A stretch of 63,600 nt of DNA, counting the filler, from Reclinomonas americana ATCC 50394 (taxonomy: Eukaryota): the NCBI GenBank assembly GCA_048213135.1. It is 16 parts of 16 records of this genome, joined end to end, with 100 filler letters (N's around TTAATTAATTAA, not from the genome) between each part and the next. Parts side by side here need not be neighbours in the genome. Positions count along the whole stretch, not along the records: positions 1 to 11,692 come from AFZH01017651.1; positions 11,793 to 21,351 come from AFZH01017652.1; 14 more parts are not named here. The stretch is one strand, 5' to 3'. The notes under the pieces are model-generated. The model was given only the letters and a program-made list of their open reading frames with translations, ran no database searches and had not been told where the DNA came from. Below are positions 1 to 12,026 of this stretch, one piece after another (positions within the stretch are counted from its first letter, which is position 1; each line of letters begins with the position of its first letter). A program made the translations under genes and the position numbers.

Positions 1-2012
1 CTCCTCGGCTCGATGCTCGAAATCACTGCCAGCTACGATGCGCACATCCGGGAACGCTACTCGCACGCCGGTGTCGCCGTGGCGCATGGGACTGCAAAAG
101 TAGACTCCCACGTGGACCTCGCCTCCCGCCTCGCGTTGCAGGTGTCCCACGCGAATCATCTCCCACTCGTCGGTCGACGGCAGTCGCGCCTCCACCACCA
201 CACTGTCGTTGATAATGTGCAGTCGCATATCGAGCACGACGTTGAAGGTGTCGCCGGAGCAGGGCAGCGAGCGAGTGGCCCAGTCGGAGTAACCACGGTC
301 GGTGATCACACTCGACAGACGGGGAATGCCGTCGACAACCTCCACGCCGGCCTTGATCCAGTTGAGCTCGTCGATGCGTACCATCAGACCGGCCTGGTCG
401 AACTGACGGAAGGTGGTGAGGTCAGCGGGCGGTGCGAGACACATGCCGACCAGCTGAATGCAGGCGCGAGCTTCTCGCACGGGTGCCAACACCGCGTGGC
501 CATTGTCGGTCAGCAATGTCGGCTCGTAGCTGCGTGATTTTCGGTAAACAAAAGCATCTCCTCCACTCAGTTGGCGAGCCGCCGACGCAACTACGTGAGC
601 CGCCAGTAGTCGGTGCCGGGGCGCGCCACTCCCATGCCTGATCGTGCATCCCACGCCACTGGCGCATCGCCGACCATGTGGAATGCTGGATCGTCAAGCG
701 ACGCATACAACATTGGGCGCGGAGTGTGCTTTCGCGCATACGCCGTGCATACTTGAACAGCGAAGCGCTGTCGCGTCGCCATGTCGGCGTACAGTGAGTT
801 GTCGTCAGGACTCGGCCAGTTGGAGTCGATCGAGGCAATCGACTGTGAGTGTGTCGTTCAGTGAGAGGCAAACAAGATCGGCACGAAAAGAACACGGACA
901 GCACCTGCGCTGCTCCGTACGGCAGCACTTCCTTGACTTCACGAATCAGTTTGGAGACATCGTCGTCGTACAGTGCACGCACAGACGCCGGCGCCTGTCG
1001 CCAGTAGATGCACACAAGCTCGCCGAGCGACGACGCTGGCTGATGGCAGCACATGCACAGGAGGAAGGCCAGATCGAATGCCGGCGAGGCCCGCATGCAG
1101 AACTGAAAGTCAACAAAACGGCACTCGGGCGTAAGCTCGTCGCCACCCAGTTGCAGCAGCACGTTGTTGATCCACAGATCTGTGTGCACTCGGCGTTGTC
1201 AGTCGCCAAACCAAATTGCTGGCAACAACGTTTATGGTGAACCTCCGTGGCAAAAAGCGTTGTGCGCTGCGGTCTTCTCGGAGAGCGCCATGCACATCGA
1301 GGGCAGCATGTCCGCAAAAGCCTCGAGTTCGCGCTGCTCGCTGGCCGACAGCGCATGCGCCGAGCCGAGCGATCGGGCTAGCGCACCGCAACTGAGGTTG
1401 TATCGCACAAACGTGGACAGCACGTCGCCGGCGCCAGCCGCGGTCTCCAGTCGATAATGCTCCGCCACCGCCATGTCGCCGTCCAGCTGCGACCCGTGCA
1501 TGCGGCCGGCCGTGCGCAGGATAGCTCGCATCTCGGCGGACAACACGTCGAGACCGGCGACCACCGACAATGCACGAAACGGCGGTGGCACGTACTCCAA
1601 GATCAACACGCCGCGTCCGTCCGGCTCCACGTGACTGAACAGCAACTCTGGCGCCACTTTGCTCTCCAGTTGGCCCATCAGGCGCAGACCAGTGGCCTCG
1701 CGGGAATGCAGATGAGTAAGGCTCTCCACCGCCGGTGCAAATTTGATCACCACCGCCCACTGTCGATACACACATGCACAGAGAGGATGAGGGCGCCCAG
1801 CATACTATACTATTGCTGCGCGCGCACTCTCTACTCACTTGTGGTGCCTCGGCCAGGAGCAGACGACTGAGGTAGCCGCCCTCGCCGAAAGGTCGCAGAG
1901 TGATTTGACTGGCGTCGACGGCTTCGAACCCTGTCGCCGCGAGTGGGCCGCTGAGCAGCCACTCTGCAGTCACCTCGTCGGGAGTCAGCGGCACTGAAGC
2001 AGGTGCGCTCAT
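1..2012 (-). CDS. EcKL/choline kinase-like (APH superfamily) phosphotransferase fused to a C-terminal DUF1349 (REE1-like, concanavalin-fold) domain; 3' end runs out of the window
   Basis: ATG at 2012. GT-AG introns at 1838-1760, 1242-1180, 904-843 and 594-530. Splicing gives HGDLWINNVL and VDFQF (kinase motifs), then in frame TDYWRLTYEPTLLTDNGH and FDQAGLMVRIDELNWIKAGVEVVDGIPRLSSVITDRGYSDWA (DUF1349 signature). Confidence 0.8.
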
Positions 2013-2129
2013 TGTCAGAGATGGAGGAAGGGACGGAGGAGGACGGACGGAGGCGAAGAGGACCACGAGATTGATGATTTTTTCATTCGCCTTACATACG
2101 CTGCGCTCCCTCCACGGCCACGCTCACGA

Positions 2130-5100
2130 TTACTTCTTGCGCTTCTTTTTCTGGTCAAGACCCGGTTTCTTGATGACAACTGCAGCAGTATGGACAGAAC
2201 GTCAGCAGAGAGTCAAACAGAAAAATGCAAATCTCTTCCCACGGCCGCAACGTCCTGGGCGCTTGCCATTCTTGCCGGTGGTGATGACTGTGGCACTGAT
2301 GGCCGGTGAGCCAGCGCCAGCGGGATCCATGACAAACGCAGGGGCCGCCATGCCGACGGGTGGAGTCGGACCAGGTGGTGGCAATGCCGAGATGGGCGGT
2401 GGCGGCTCGACGAGCTGCAGAGTGGCAGCGAAGTGAGGGGCTGATGCGTGGCGCGCACTCACACCAGTGGAGACACGGCTGCAAACGCAACAGTAGCATG
2501 ACCACCCCCCATGACACCCGCGGATTGTGGCGGCGGCGCACCCACTGGTGGTGGCATGTACGTCGCCGGCACCACCTTCTTCTTCTTCTTCAGTGGTGGC
2601 CGTGAACCTGCAGCGCGAGACAAGTGTTAAAAGGATAGGGGAAAAGAGGGTTGACAGCCAGAGTGGCATCGAGCAGACCATCGTCTCCAGCCTCCGGCCT
2701 ATGTACAACAAGAAAGTCAGAGAATGCACAGAAAGCCTATTGTGGTGGCCAATGGAGACGCAACTTGATGGGTGGTCGCTTCCGATTCGCCGCTTTCAAC
2801 TTGAGGCCAGCGGCGTCTGGCGACTGTGCGTGCGGCGGCATCTGCAGGTGCGAGGGCGGGGGCGGTGGCGGTGGGAAGTTTGCGGGCGGGCCCACAGACG
2901 GCACACGAGGGAGCGGTGGAGGTGGAACACCGACGGCACTGAGAAGTGGAGGCCGCGGCTGTTGATGGATAGAGCAGAGCAGAGCAGAGTGAGGATTGCG
3001 GATGGAAAGGATGGGAGCGCCAGACGTGCGGACGCACCGGTTCCTCGTAAAAGCCGAGAAGACGATTCTCGTTAAAGGCGATACTGCGCGCCTGCGACGG
3101 ATCGCCGAAACCAAAGCCGGTGATGCCAGTGCCGCGACCCAGGATTGACCGTGTCATGGTGGAGGCACGGAATTGATACTGTCACCACCACACAACGGAG
3201 ACGGTGAGTACGCCGACAGAGACGATAATGCACACACAGACGACGAATGAACCATTTGGAATTCTGCGTATTGTTCGCCAAGAGACACCTCGGCCTGTAG
3301 CAGCTTCTGTCGCTGACCGCGTGTCGACTTGCGCAGCCACTCGGTCAGTTGCGACGTGTTCCCGCAGCCCATCATCGCCAGCAATGGCACACACGAGCCC
3401 TACAAAAAAAAACGGCAGCATTTTCAGCAAACTGAAAACCATGCATAAGGAAGACCGCGCCACGCACCACTGTCATTGGTCGCCGATTTCCATCCTCCAC
3501 GGCCCGTGCAGCTCGGCCACATCGCCCGAGGAACGAATCCAACAAGTCCAACATCACATCCAGCACCTGGCACGAGATGCCTGCTCCGAGATTCACGCGG
3601 TAAGCACACACAGACCACAGAGTGTAATTGCACACGCACACACACACCGTCGTAGCCAACATGCAGCAATGCAATTTGCACCACTGTCTCCAGTGCCAGT
3701 CGACTTTCGCCACCGTCAATGAGCTTGGCCAGTGCACGTCCATGTCGCGCATGTTCCTCGCGCGGCTCCGGCGCCGCACGCCGCCTGTCCAGCAACCACT
3801 TCCAGTCACCGCGACGGCCCTCGGCAGCGTGCTTGGCCATGATGCTCTCCACCTCCTCGTCGTCCGGGCGGAAGTAGTGACTGATGGGTCGCGCCGCACG
3901 TCGCTACGACAGGCAGTGGAGCTGAGCACAACACAACACACCGCCGCATACACACACACGGACACACGAACCTTGAGATCGAGGACCAGTTTGCGGTAGG
4001 CCGAGATGCGATCCAGTGTGCGCATGTGCTCGTGCATGGGCGTGATGGCCTTCACAAAGTCGACCTCCTGCCGTTCGGCCACCACCGGCGCGACAGCGGC
4101 CGACGCCGGCTCGAAAGGTGGCACAAAGCCCACTTGATGCGAGGAGGCCACCAGAGTGTCGCCCGGGAGACCGCGGAAGGGCGAGAATACAAGAGTGGCG
4201 CTTGGTGTCACCGACTGCGATAAACCATAAGCACATCACGTTGGCGAGCGAGAGAGACAGAGAGACACACACACAAAGAAGGCACGCACTTGGATTGAGG
4301 TAGAAGTGTGGTGACGGACCACTGCCGCTCGTGCATGCTGCAGGTGGGAGGGCATAAGTGAATCATGTGAGGTACTTTCCCACTCCCCGACGCCTCCACT
4401 CACATCCAGCGACAGAGCCTTGCTTCCCATTGTCTTCTCCATGAACTCGCTCACCACATCCTCCAACTGACGCGCAGTAAGAGGCTGTGGACCAAGGCCA
4501 GCCGCTGCAGCGGCGGCGGCTGCGTTGGCCACCGTCGTCGACGTGGTCATGAATTCCGAAAACTCCTGCAGCACCAACTCGTTGTGCAGGTTGGGAATGC
4601 GGCGACCGTCGGGCAACCACAGCGATTCGTGGTCGCACAAGGCGTGTCGCGCAGCCGGCTGCTCCACAAATGTCTGCACACCACAGACGATAAGCTCACG
4701 CAAAGAGAGCAGAAATAAAAGACACGATAAGCTCGTACCTTGCTGGAATCGTCGGCCGCCGTCCACGAGGGAACAATGTCGAACAGATCCGCGTCGTCAA
4801 GCACCTGCGGCTCCTCGTCTTCGGTCCTCGGTCCGAACGCGTCGTCCGGCACCTACCACGCCACGAGTCTTGTGAGCAACACAAAAAATGAGCACCGTGT
4901 GTGAAGGAGGGGAGAGCACAACGCACGCTGTCAATCAGGCTGGCGGCAAATGCCTCGGTGGCGTTGGCGTACTGCACCCAAATGTTGTTCTGCACAGCAC
5001 ACAGCGACTTGAGCAACACGTGTCGCAACCTGTGCCAAACTTTTCTCTCTCTCTCACACACACACGCACCTCCTGTGTGTTGTACTCGCGGCAATTGTCA

Positions 5101-5902
5101 AACACCAGCTTCAGATCGCGCTCAAACGCCGCCTTGTTCGGGTACCTGCGGCGACGGCGTGAGCGCAAGGCAAACCATTGGTGGACGAGAACAGAAAGAA
5201 AACGCAACAGACGCTGCTTCAGCTTCTTGGTCATTGTGGCGAAATCCATGGGCTCCTTGATCACATCAAAGTAATCCAACGCCTGCTGCACCGTCACCGG
5301 CTTGAGGAATGGCCAGCCCGATTCCTGCACCACGTGAATTGAGTGGAGAGAAAGACAGGGAGAATGCAGTCAAACGCCACACGCAACATATTCCTTTAGT
5401 CTGTTCAGCATGTCGAGTGCAGGCTTGTACCGCGGCGGCTTCAATCCCGGCGGCAGCACCGTGGAAACCCGCGGTGGACTCACGCCATCCTGCGACTCAT
5501 TGCTTCAGAGACAACTCTCCTGCGTGCACACACCCCTCTCTCAACAACCAAGGCACGTACCTCAAACACCATAAACTCAGCACCACACGCTTGCTGCTCC
5601 TCATCCTCCTCCTCCTGTCGTGCATTCCGCGTGAACCACAATGTGCGCAGTTGCATCATCAATGCGGCGGCCTCTCCTCCTGCTCTTGCAGCAGCATCGT
5701 CGTCACTGTCATCATCAGCGCCACGCATCACCACATCGCTGCTGCTCTTGTCTCGGGCGGGAGTGGGCATGGTCGACGAGGCGGCATGGCAAAAGGCCTC
5801 CCACGCTGCGTCGTTGGCAGTCACGGCCAGCGCGCGAGCGTGTGCCTCGTGCGAGGTGAGTGGAGAGCGGTCCAGCAGCTGGCGAATGCCCGCGCGCAGC
5901 AT
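2130..5902 (-). CDS. SPT7: SAGA subunit Spt7-like protein (bromodomain + histone-fold/Bromo_TP domain), multi-exon
   Basis: Bromodomain exons ESGWPFLKPV..DYFDVIKEPMDFATMTKKL..YPNKAAFERDLKLVFDNCREYN. Histone-fold-like segment LALETVVQIALLHVGYDG..VLDVMLDLLDSFLGRCGRAA. Basic C-terminus DQKKKRKK followed by TAA at 2130-2132. The start codon (MLRAGIRQ) is uncertain. Confidence 0.7.
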
Positions 5903-6431
5903 TCTGTGTGGTCTGTGTCGGTGTGCGTGATTGCGCGGGACGGACAGCTCTTGCGTCGAAGTTGTCTTGGATGTGGATGGTCGGCGGCGAGGGAGATGGA
6001 TGGTAGAGCTCGTTGTCGCGCTGGTCTTTGCGCCTGCGGTCTTTGATGGTGACTCGGTGCAAATGAGGACCCGGAAGTCGACGTTGCTCTGTGTGCAAGC
6101 GCTGGATCGATACTCGTGGAACCCGATGCGAACATCGAAGAGTAGCCCAGTACGATGTACTGCGGTTACAGGGCTGCTGTTTGGCGATCTGGTTTGCACG
6201 ATCGCTGTGCAACTCAAGATCACGTGCGCCGGGTCAGATCTTACACTGTTTCCTGCAGATCTCCAAGTGCCGCGGATAGTACTCAAGTGGTATACCTGAC
6301 TTTTGCATGTGTGTTGCATACTGACCGTGGCAAATCGTCGAAACACAGTTGCTGCGATGCAACCTTTGTTGGCGCTCAAAATGCGTTTCCTTTCCTGTCT
6401 CGATCGCGAGCTCCACAAGCCACCAAACGAG

Positions 6432-7156
6432 TTACACTAACGGCGCATCACGCTTATGGAGTGGCACGAGGCTGTCCAACTCGGCCAGCAGCGGATCCCG
6501 CGATGGAGACAACTTGAGTCCGGGGCGCGCCGATCGTGATCGCCCTGTGCTCCCTTGACTGAACTTGTCCACTGTGTGTGTGTGTGATGAGCGCATGGTT
6601 TAAAAGAAGGTTTGATCTCCTATCCCATCATCATCAGCACTCACCTTTTGCTCCTTGCGACTTGCTTGGTTCCACTTCCCGTTTCTGTAGCCGAACAGTC
6701 AGTCATGATGAGTGCACCTTTCCCTCCCACGCGAAGCAGTCAATGTCACCCACCGTTTCGTACGGCCGCTGCGTAGTGCCTACTCCAACAAGGCGACGAG
6801 TGAGTGAGAGAGACGCAAAAGACAGTGCACACAGCTGCAAAACCTGGAGTGCTTCGACAAATCACAACGAGACGCTTCCCCGGCGATTCCTTCTTCAACA
6901 CAGGCGGTGGTGGTGGGGGCGGCAATGGTTCCACATCTGCCACACTCGCCTCGCCTCCACTCTCCCCGTCTCTGTTGTCTTGCGAACGACCGCCGGCGGC
7001 GGCGATCAGCAACATGTCTCTCGCTCTCCTCTGCCGCCGGCCCTCCAACACACGCACATGCGGCGACAACACATAGCTGCTGCAGCTGCTGCTACTGCTG
7101 CTAATGTTGCTACACAACGACGCGCCAGAGCACTGCACAAAGGCCGGCTGCGACAT
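6432..7156 (-). CDS. Small hypothetical spliced protein
   Basis: Pro-rich ORF 6746-7156 can be joined by plausible GT-AG introns to exons KREVEPSKSQGAK and VDKFSQG..DPLLAELDSLVPLHKRDAPLV-TAA. No family recognised. Confidence 0.35.
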
Positions 7157-7239
7157 TGCTTTTCTCTCGCACTTTGCGACAATTCGTAACGTTCACGTTC
7201 CACTCAACCCACGGACAATCACAAGCCGTTTTACATCAT

Positions 7240-9349
7240 ATGTCTGACGGTGCGGTCCTTCCTCTTCTCCCTCTCCCCATTCTCTCCTCACCCCGTGTGT
7301 GACAGGTGGCAGCGCATCGGGTGGCACACCACAAGACAGTGCTCGCTACGGTGCGCTCTTTTCCATCGCACTCTCCTTTCTCTCTCGTTGCTGCTCACAC
7401 TGTGAGGGACACAGAGCACGATGAGGAGCACGAAGGTGGCGGTGACATGCACGACGACGGTGGCGATGTCGACGATGTGGTGTATGAAGACGGCGAGGAC
7501 GCACATCACGGTCTGTCTTGTATGCGCAAGTCATCTCTCCTTTGACGCTCCTGGCGCTGACCTGTGTGGTGCCTGCAGATGACGATGATGCGTATAGCGG
7601 TGGTGGAGGAGACGGGCAAGGAGGAGGTGAGCTGAGTGGCCGCTCTGAGGGGTACGGCGATGAGGAGGCTGCGGGAGAGTACGATGAGATGATGGCGACG
7701 GGCGACGACAGCGTCGAGTATGCGGGCGGCCACGAGGGAGACTACACGGGCGAGACACCGCGGTCGGGTGATGTGCTGGGCGTGGAGGCGTCGCCGGCAG
7801 AGGGAGAGCCGGATTATGGCGAGGAGGTGTATGATCCGTATGCAGGTGAGGATGGCGGCGACGAGGCGGATCATGTGCCGGTGGAGCACCTCGGGGTAGG
7901 TTGCCGACACACACACCCACGAGCGTGCGTACCTGATTACTGACTCTCGCTTGCAGGGTGGTGACGATGAGCAGAACCTGCACGGTTTCGAGGACGAGTT
8001 GCATGCGCATGACGCCGATGATGGAGACGAAGCGGGCTCGGTGCAGTACTTGGATGGTGGCGATGTGGACGACATGGGCGACGACGAGATGCACATGCAC
8101 ATGATGGGTGGGGAGGCGGAGATGACGGCAGAGGAGCGCAAGCTGGAGTTGGTCGGCCTGCTGCAGGAGGAGCTCGATGTGCACGACACGCTGGTCACCA
8201 CCAACCTCGAGTTTCAGAAGAAGATCAAGATCTATCTCGACGGTCTCGGCGACGATCGCTTTGTGCGTGCCGCCGAGGGACCAGGCACCACCAGTGATGC
8301 GGCGTACGAGAGGCAGATTGGGTTGATTCGCGACGCACGCGCCACGTACCAGCAGGAGTTGTTTGAGAAGCGAGTTGCGTGGCGAGCGGAGAGGACACTT
8401 TCCGTTTCCTCGCCTTTTGACTTACACACACACACGCGCACGTGCCACCTCACAGCAAGTGCTGGAGGAGCACATGGTGCGGCTGCGCGAGCGCGAGGCC
8501 CAGACCAAGGAGTTCCACGACAGTTTTACGGACTTTAAGCGCGAGATTGCACTCGAGGCCGAGTTCTCGCGCACCGGCAAGAAGATTCCGCCAAAGAAGA
8601 TTAGCGAGTACGAGGAGCGCGAGACGGTCAAGGACGAGCAAGTCAAGGTGCTGCGCTTGGAGAACATCAAGGCCGAGACGCGTGTGAAGGAGCTCGCCGA
8701 TCAGTTGCAGAAGAAGGAGCAGGTTTGTTGTCTCTGTGAGTTTGTGTGATTGCACTTTGCAGAGGTCTGACTGCCCTCTTCTCCCCACAATGCAGGTGAC
8801 GCCGGACCTGCACTACATTGACTTTGAGCAACAAAAACTGGAGAATCAGCAGCTGCACGAGAAGATCGAGGAGCGCAATGAGGAGCTGCTGAAGCTGCGC
8901 AAGAAGATCACCACCACCGTGCACATCCTGACGCACGTCAACGAGAAGGTCCACTTTATCCAGGGCGAGAACCAGGACCTGAAGCGACAGCTCACCGCCG
9001 TCGACAAGGAGGTGACCAAGTTCCGCGACGAGCTGGCTCGCCTGAAACGCGAACGCGAGACGGTCAAGACCGAGAGTCAGACCATGAAGCAGAGCATGCC
9101 GCTGGCGGGCGACATTAGCCTCCTGGAGGACTACGAGAAGCGCAAGGTGAGCGACTTTATTGTGCGCACACCCTCAACTTTTCGCTGTCGTTGGGCTCAC
9201 CTGTGATGGTCCAGTATGCCATCGAGGACGCCAAGCGACGGATCGAGGAGATGAAGAGCCGTCACATTCGGTTAACGCAGCAGATCAGAAAGTACCAGCG
9301 GCAAGTGCCTGCCGATGGTGCGAGCAGCAGTGCCGACAATCAGCGGTAG
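7240..9349 (+). CDS. CCDC96: Coiled-coil domain-containing protein 96 / CFAP184 (DUF4201), flagellar, with long acidic N-terminus
   Basis: LHYIDFEQQKLENQQLHEKIEERNEELLKLRKKITTTVHILTHVNEK and AEFSRTGKKIP are DUF4201/CCDC96 hallmarks. Several short GT-AG introns. TAG at 9347-9349. Confidence 0.9.
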
Positions 9350-9506
9350 TTGCAGGGAAGCGAGACCTGACTGGGATGTGTAAGAAAACTCATTTGAGAA
9401 GTCGGGTCCTCGTGCTCGTCCCACTCGTTTTACATTCCTCACGTGCGAGACGCGTCTCCCCGTCGACTTGCATGACGGCCGGTGATCATCGTATGGTTCG
9501 TCGCAC

Positions 9507-10205
9507 ATGTTAGGCACGCCTTTTCTCAGCTCTGCTCACGCTCTCCGCGGTGGCCAGAGCGGTGAGGTGATTCCCCCCTCTGACCAGGAGATCGAGAAGG
9601 ATAGCTGGATGTTTCTGCTGCGCTGCTTGCCGGAGCGATTACGCCGCCACTCCATCATGGAATCGCTGGCCGACTTCTGCTGGACTCGTCATATCTTCCT
9701 CCGCGACCTCGCGCTTCGCTGTGCTGCAGAGGGCGATCAGGCGGGCGTGCAGCACGCCATGTGCCAACTTCAACCGTTGCTCTCGCTGGGTGGAGTTGAC
9801 GACGCCGACATAAGTGCCATCGCCGCCCACGTCCGCTTCGTCAACGTTGAGGTTGCCGAGGATGTGCGCCGTGTTGTGAACGGACAGTCGTGGGGGTTCA
9901 AGTTTGACGTCGATGCTGGTCGATGGCCCGAACCTGTCGTCGACGTCGAGCAGCGGCCGGCGCTCAACTCGTCTCATGCTGTTCTTGAGAGGCTCCGAGA
10001 GGCGGAAAAGTCTTCTCTTGCTCGGCGCCCGTGCGAGATATCCGCTTCCGAACTGCTGCCGTACGCGCTGTCGCCCGATGCACTTGAAGAGTTGCGTTTG
10101 CAGCACCAAGCAGAGGCGGTGGAGCAGGCACGGCGGGTGGCCGAAGCGAAAGCCAAGGCTGCGGAGAAGTGGAAGAATCGATATCGAAACAGCGAGTCGA
10201 GATGA
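9507..10205 (+). CDS. Intronless hypothetical protein (232 aa), no family recognised
   Basis: Uninterrupted ATG-TGA ORF with globular-protein-like composition and a coiled-coil-like tail. It fills the space between CCDC96 and tepsin. Confidence 0.6.
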   Translation: MLGTPFLSSAHALRGGQSGEVIPPSDQEIEKDSWMFLLRCLPERLRRHSIMESLADFCWTRHIFLRDLALRCAAEGDQAGVQHAMCQLQPLLSLGGVDDADISAIAAHVRFVNVEVAEDVRRVVNGQSWGFKFDVDAGRWPEPVVDVEQRPALNSSHAVLERLREAEKSSLARRPCEISASELLPYALSPDALEELRLQHQAEAVEQARRVAEAKAKAAEKWKNRYRNSESR

Positions 10206-10369
10206 AGAATCGACCGCGGCAGCAGATCGGAAAGCAGCTTCGGCAAGCGATAGCACCGGTGATCAGCGGTAGTTGGAGGAAAGGAGAGCTGAATGTGCGA
10301 TGCAAGAAAAAACCCTTGTGAGAAGTTTGTCCTCGTCCCGCCTCAATCACTTGCCCATTTTTCGTCGAC
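10199..10369 (+). repeat. Degenerate copy of the CCDC96 last exon, 3' UTR and intergenic segment (other copy ~9248-9467)
   Basis: Collinear shared blocks GAGATGAAGA, GCAGCAGATCRGAAAG, CGGCAAG, ATCAGCGGTAGTTG, TGAGAAGT, GTCCTCGT and CGTCGAC occur in both places. Confidence 0.7.
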
Positions 10370-11692
10370 ATGAAGAAAACTACGCTGAAGAATGCCACCG
10401 CCGACAACGGCGACGGTGTTCCTCCTCACCTCTACACGGAGATTGCCGGTGAGCGCCACGCACTCCACAGAAACAGTGAGAGGAAGAAAGCCATGTCGTC
10501 ATCACTCTCGCTCCTCCACTCTACACGCACACACACATTGTGCTCTCTCTGTTTCTCTCCTTGCCTGCGCACGGAAGTGGTGTGCGCGAGCGCTGCAGTA
10601 CATGCAGCACCACCCCTTCTTGCTGGCGCGGGAAGGCGGCCATGTGCGCTCATCTCCACTGCAGCCAACTGGCTCGCTCTCTCATCACACACATTCGCAC
10701 GCACTCTTCCTCTCGCTTGCACACACACTCTCTCACACACACTCTCGTACACACAAAACGCTGCAGTCAGACACGCACGAGTTTGTTTTTCGACAGTCAA
10801 ATGTGGGTATTTCCGCTCACACACACCTCCTCCTCTCACACACACAGAGATGACGTTCAAGTCGGTGGACACGTGTGCTGCGGTGTGCGACTGGCTGCTG
10901 GATCGACTGAGGACTCCGTCGGTGCGCGTCAAGGCCAAGGCACTGCGTGTGATCAAGCACGTGGCGACGCAAGGTCATCACGACTTCCGCAAGACTCTCC
11001 AGCGCCGCAACGACCCCATCCGCGACTTGTGCAGTTGAGTGACGCATGCATAGGAACGAAGGAGGGAGCACACACAGACTGAGTCTGTGTGTGTGTGTCC
11101 CTCCTTCATTCGACCATTCACTCACTCTCTCTTCCACCACTCTTCTTCCTCCCCGCCCGCCAGGTTTCCACGGCCCGGCCGACGAGATGCACGGGGATCG
11201 GTTGAATGCGGCGGTGCGCGAGGCTGCGAATGAGGCCATGAGTGCCATTTTCGACGCTGTCAATGATCCGCCAGTGGTGCACAAGGGCGGTGGCTCGCTA
11301 AACTCGGTTATGGCACCGCCCCCGCCGCAACAATCGGCACCCTTGTCGCTGCCGCCGTCCGTGTCGTCGTCGGGTGGGGGTGGCGCTTCAGGCTCTGGCT
11401 CCATTTTCTCGTCGATTGCTGCCGGTGTGCAGATTCGACCTGCGGATCCGTATGCCAGCTCGTTGCGTCCGTCCCGTGAGGTGTCATGGCACTGAGAGTG
11501 AGTGACACGTGACTCTTGCTTGCACAGAGCGCCGTCGTATGCGCCCACCAACACCGTCTTTGGCGCACACGGCAAGACGTACGAGGGCATTGCCAGTCCG
11601 GCTTCACAGGCGCAGGAGAACAAGAAGAGTAACAGTTGCGATGCAGCAGCACAGTGCATCCTTGAGTTCTCTCTCTCTCTCTCTCTAACACA
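10370..11692 (+). CDS. TEPSIN: AP-4 accessory protein tepsin (ENTH-like N-terminal domain); 3' part lost in gap
   Basis: Spliced sequence: LKNATADNGDGVPPHLYTEIA-EMTFKSVDTCAAVCDWLLDRL..VKAKALRVIKHV..FHGPADEMHGDRLNAAVREAANEAMSAIF, matching the tepsin ENTH pattern. Confidence 0.85.
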
Positions 11693-11792
11693 NNNNNNNN
11701 NNNNNNNNNNNNNNNNNNNNNNNNNNNNNNNNNNNNTTAATTAATTAANNNNNNNNNNNNNNNNNNNNNNNNNNNNNNNNNNNNNNNNNNNN
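11693..11792. other. Artificial scaffold gap N44-TTAATTAATTAA-N44 (first of 15; others start at 21352, 22936, 25673, 28018, 30030, 33274, 36308, 39666, 42114, 44264, 48918, 53519, 58260, 59546)
   Basis: Identical 100-nt spacer with a six-frame stop linker, mostly adjacent to microsatellites. True gap lengths are unknown. Confidence 0.97.
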
Positions 11793-12026
11793 GAAACTCA
11801 GTGTCACGACTCTCTCTCTGTGGTTCCCCTCGGCACATGCCACGCAACAGCTTGCCCATCTGTGAAACAAACAAGTCAGTCACACGCGCAATGGACCAGC
11901 AGCAGGAGAAAGGCCGCGAACCTCGCTCTGGGGTGTGGGATTTGTTAGAGTGAGGGTTACGGGCGCGACGGAAATTGATCGAGCAGCTACGGTAACCCCA
12001 GAAAACGCACTCTCACACAAAACGCA

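Noticed and set aside
13..537. 174-aa plus-strand ORF and other long antisense ORFs (e.g. 60915-61931, 46889-47617, 12364-13248)
   Set aside because: Shadow frames of GC-rich coding sequence on the opposite strand, where recognisable proteins lie.
5490..5560. Apparent in-frame TGA in Spt7 suggesting selenocysteine or readthrough
   Set aside because: Using the downstream acceptor (..GAGTCGCAG|GATGGC) places the TGA inside the intron and restores the frame.
6225..6275. AGTGTAAGATCTG on the minus strand, reminiscent of the U2 snRNA branch-pairing region
   Set aside because: The essential GTAGTA is absent, and no U2 5' stem or Sm site was found.
11737..11748. Recurrent TTAATTAATTAA palindrome
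   Set aside because: Always centred in N44-N44 spacers. It is an artificial six-frame-stop scaffold linker, not biological.
11955..11996. X-box (RFX)-like half sites upstream of IFT43
   Set aside because: Only half-site matches, and not seen consistently upstream of the other flagellar genes.
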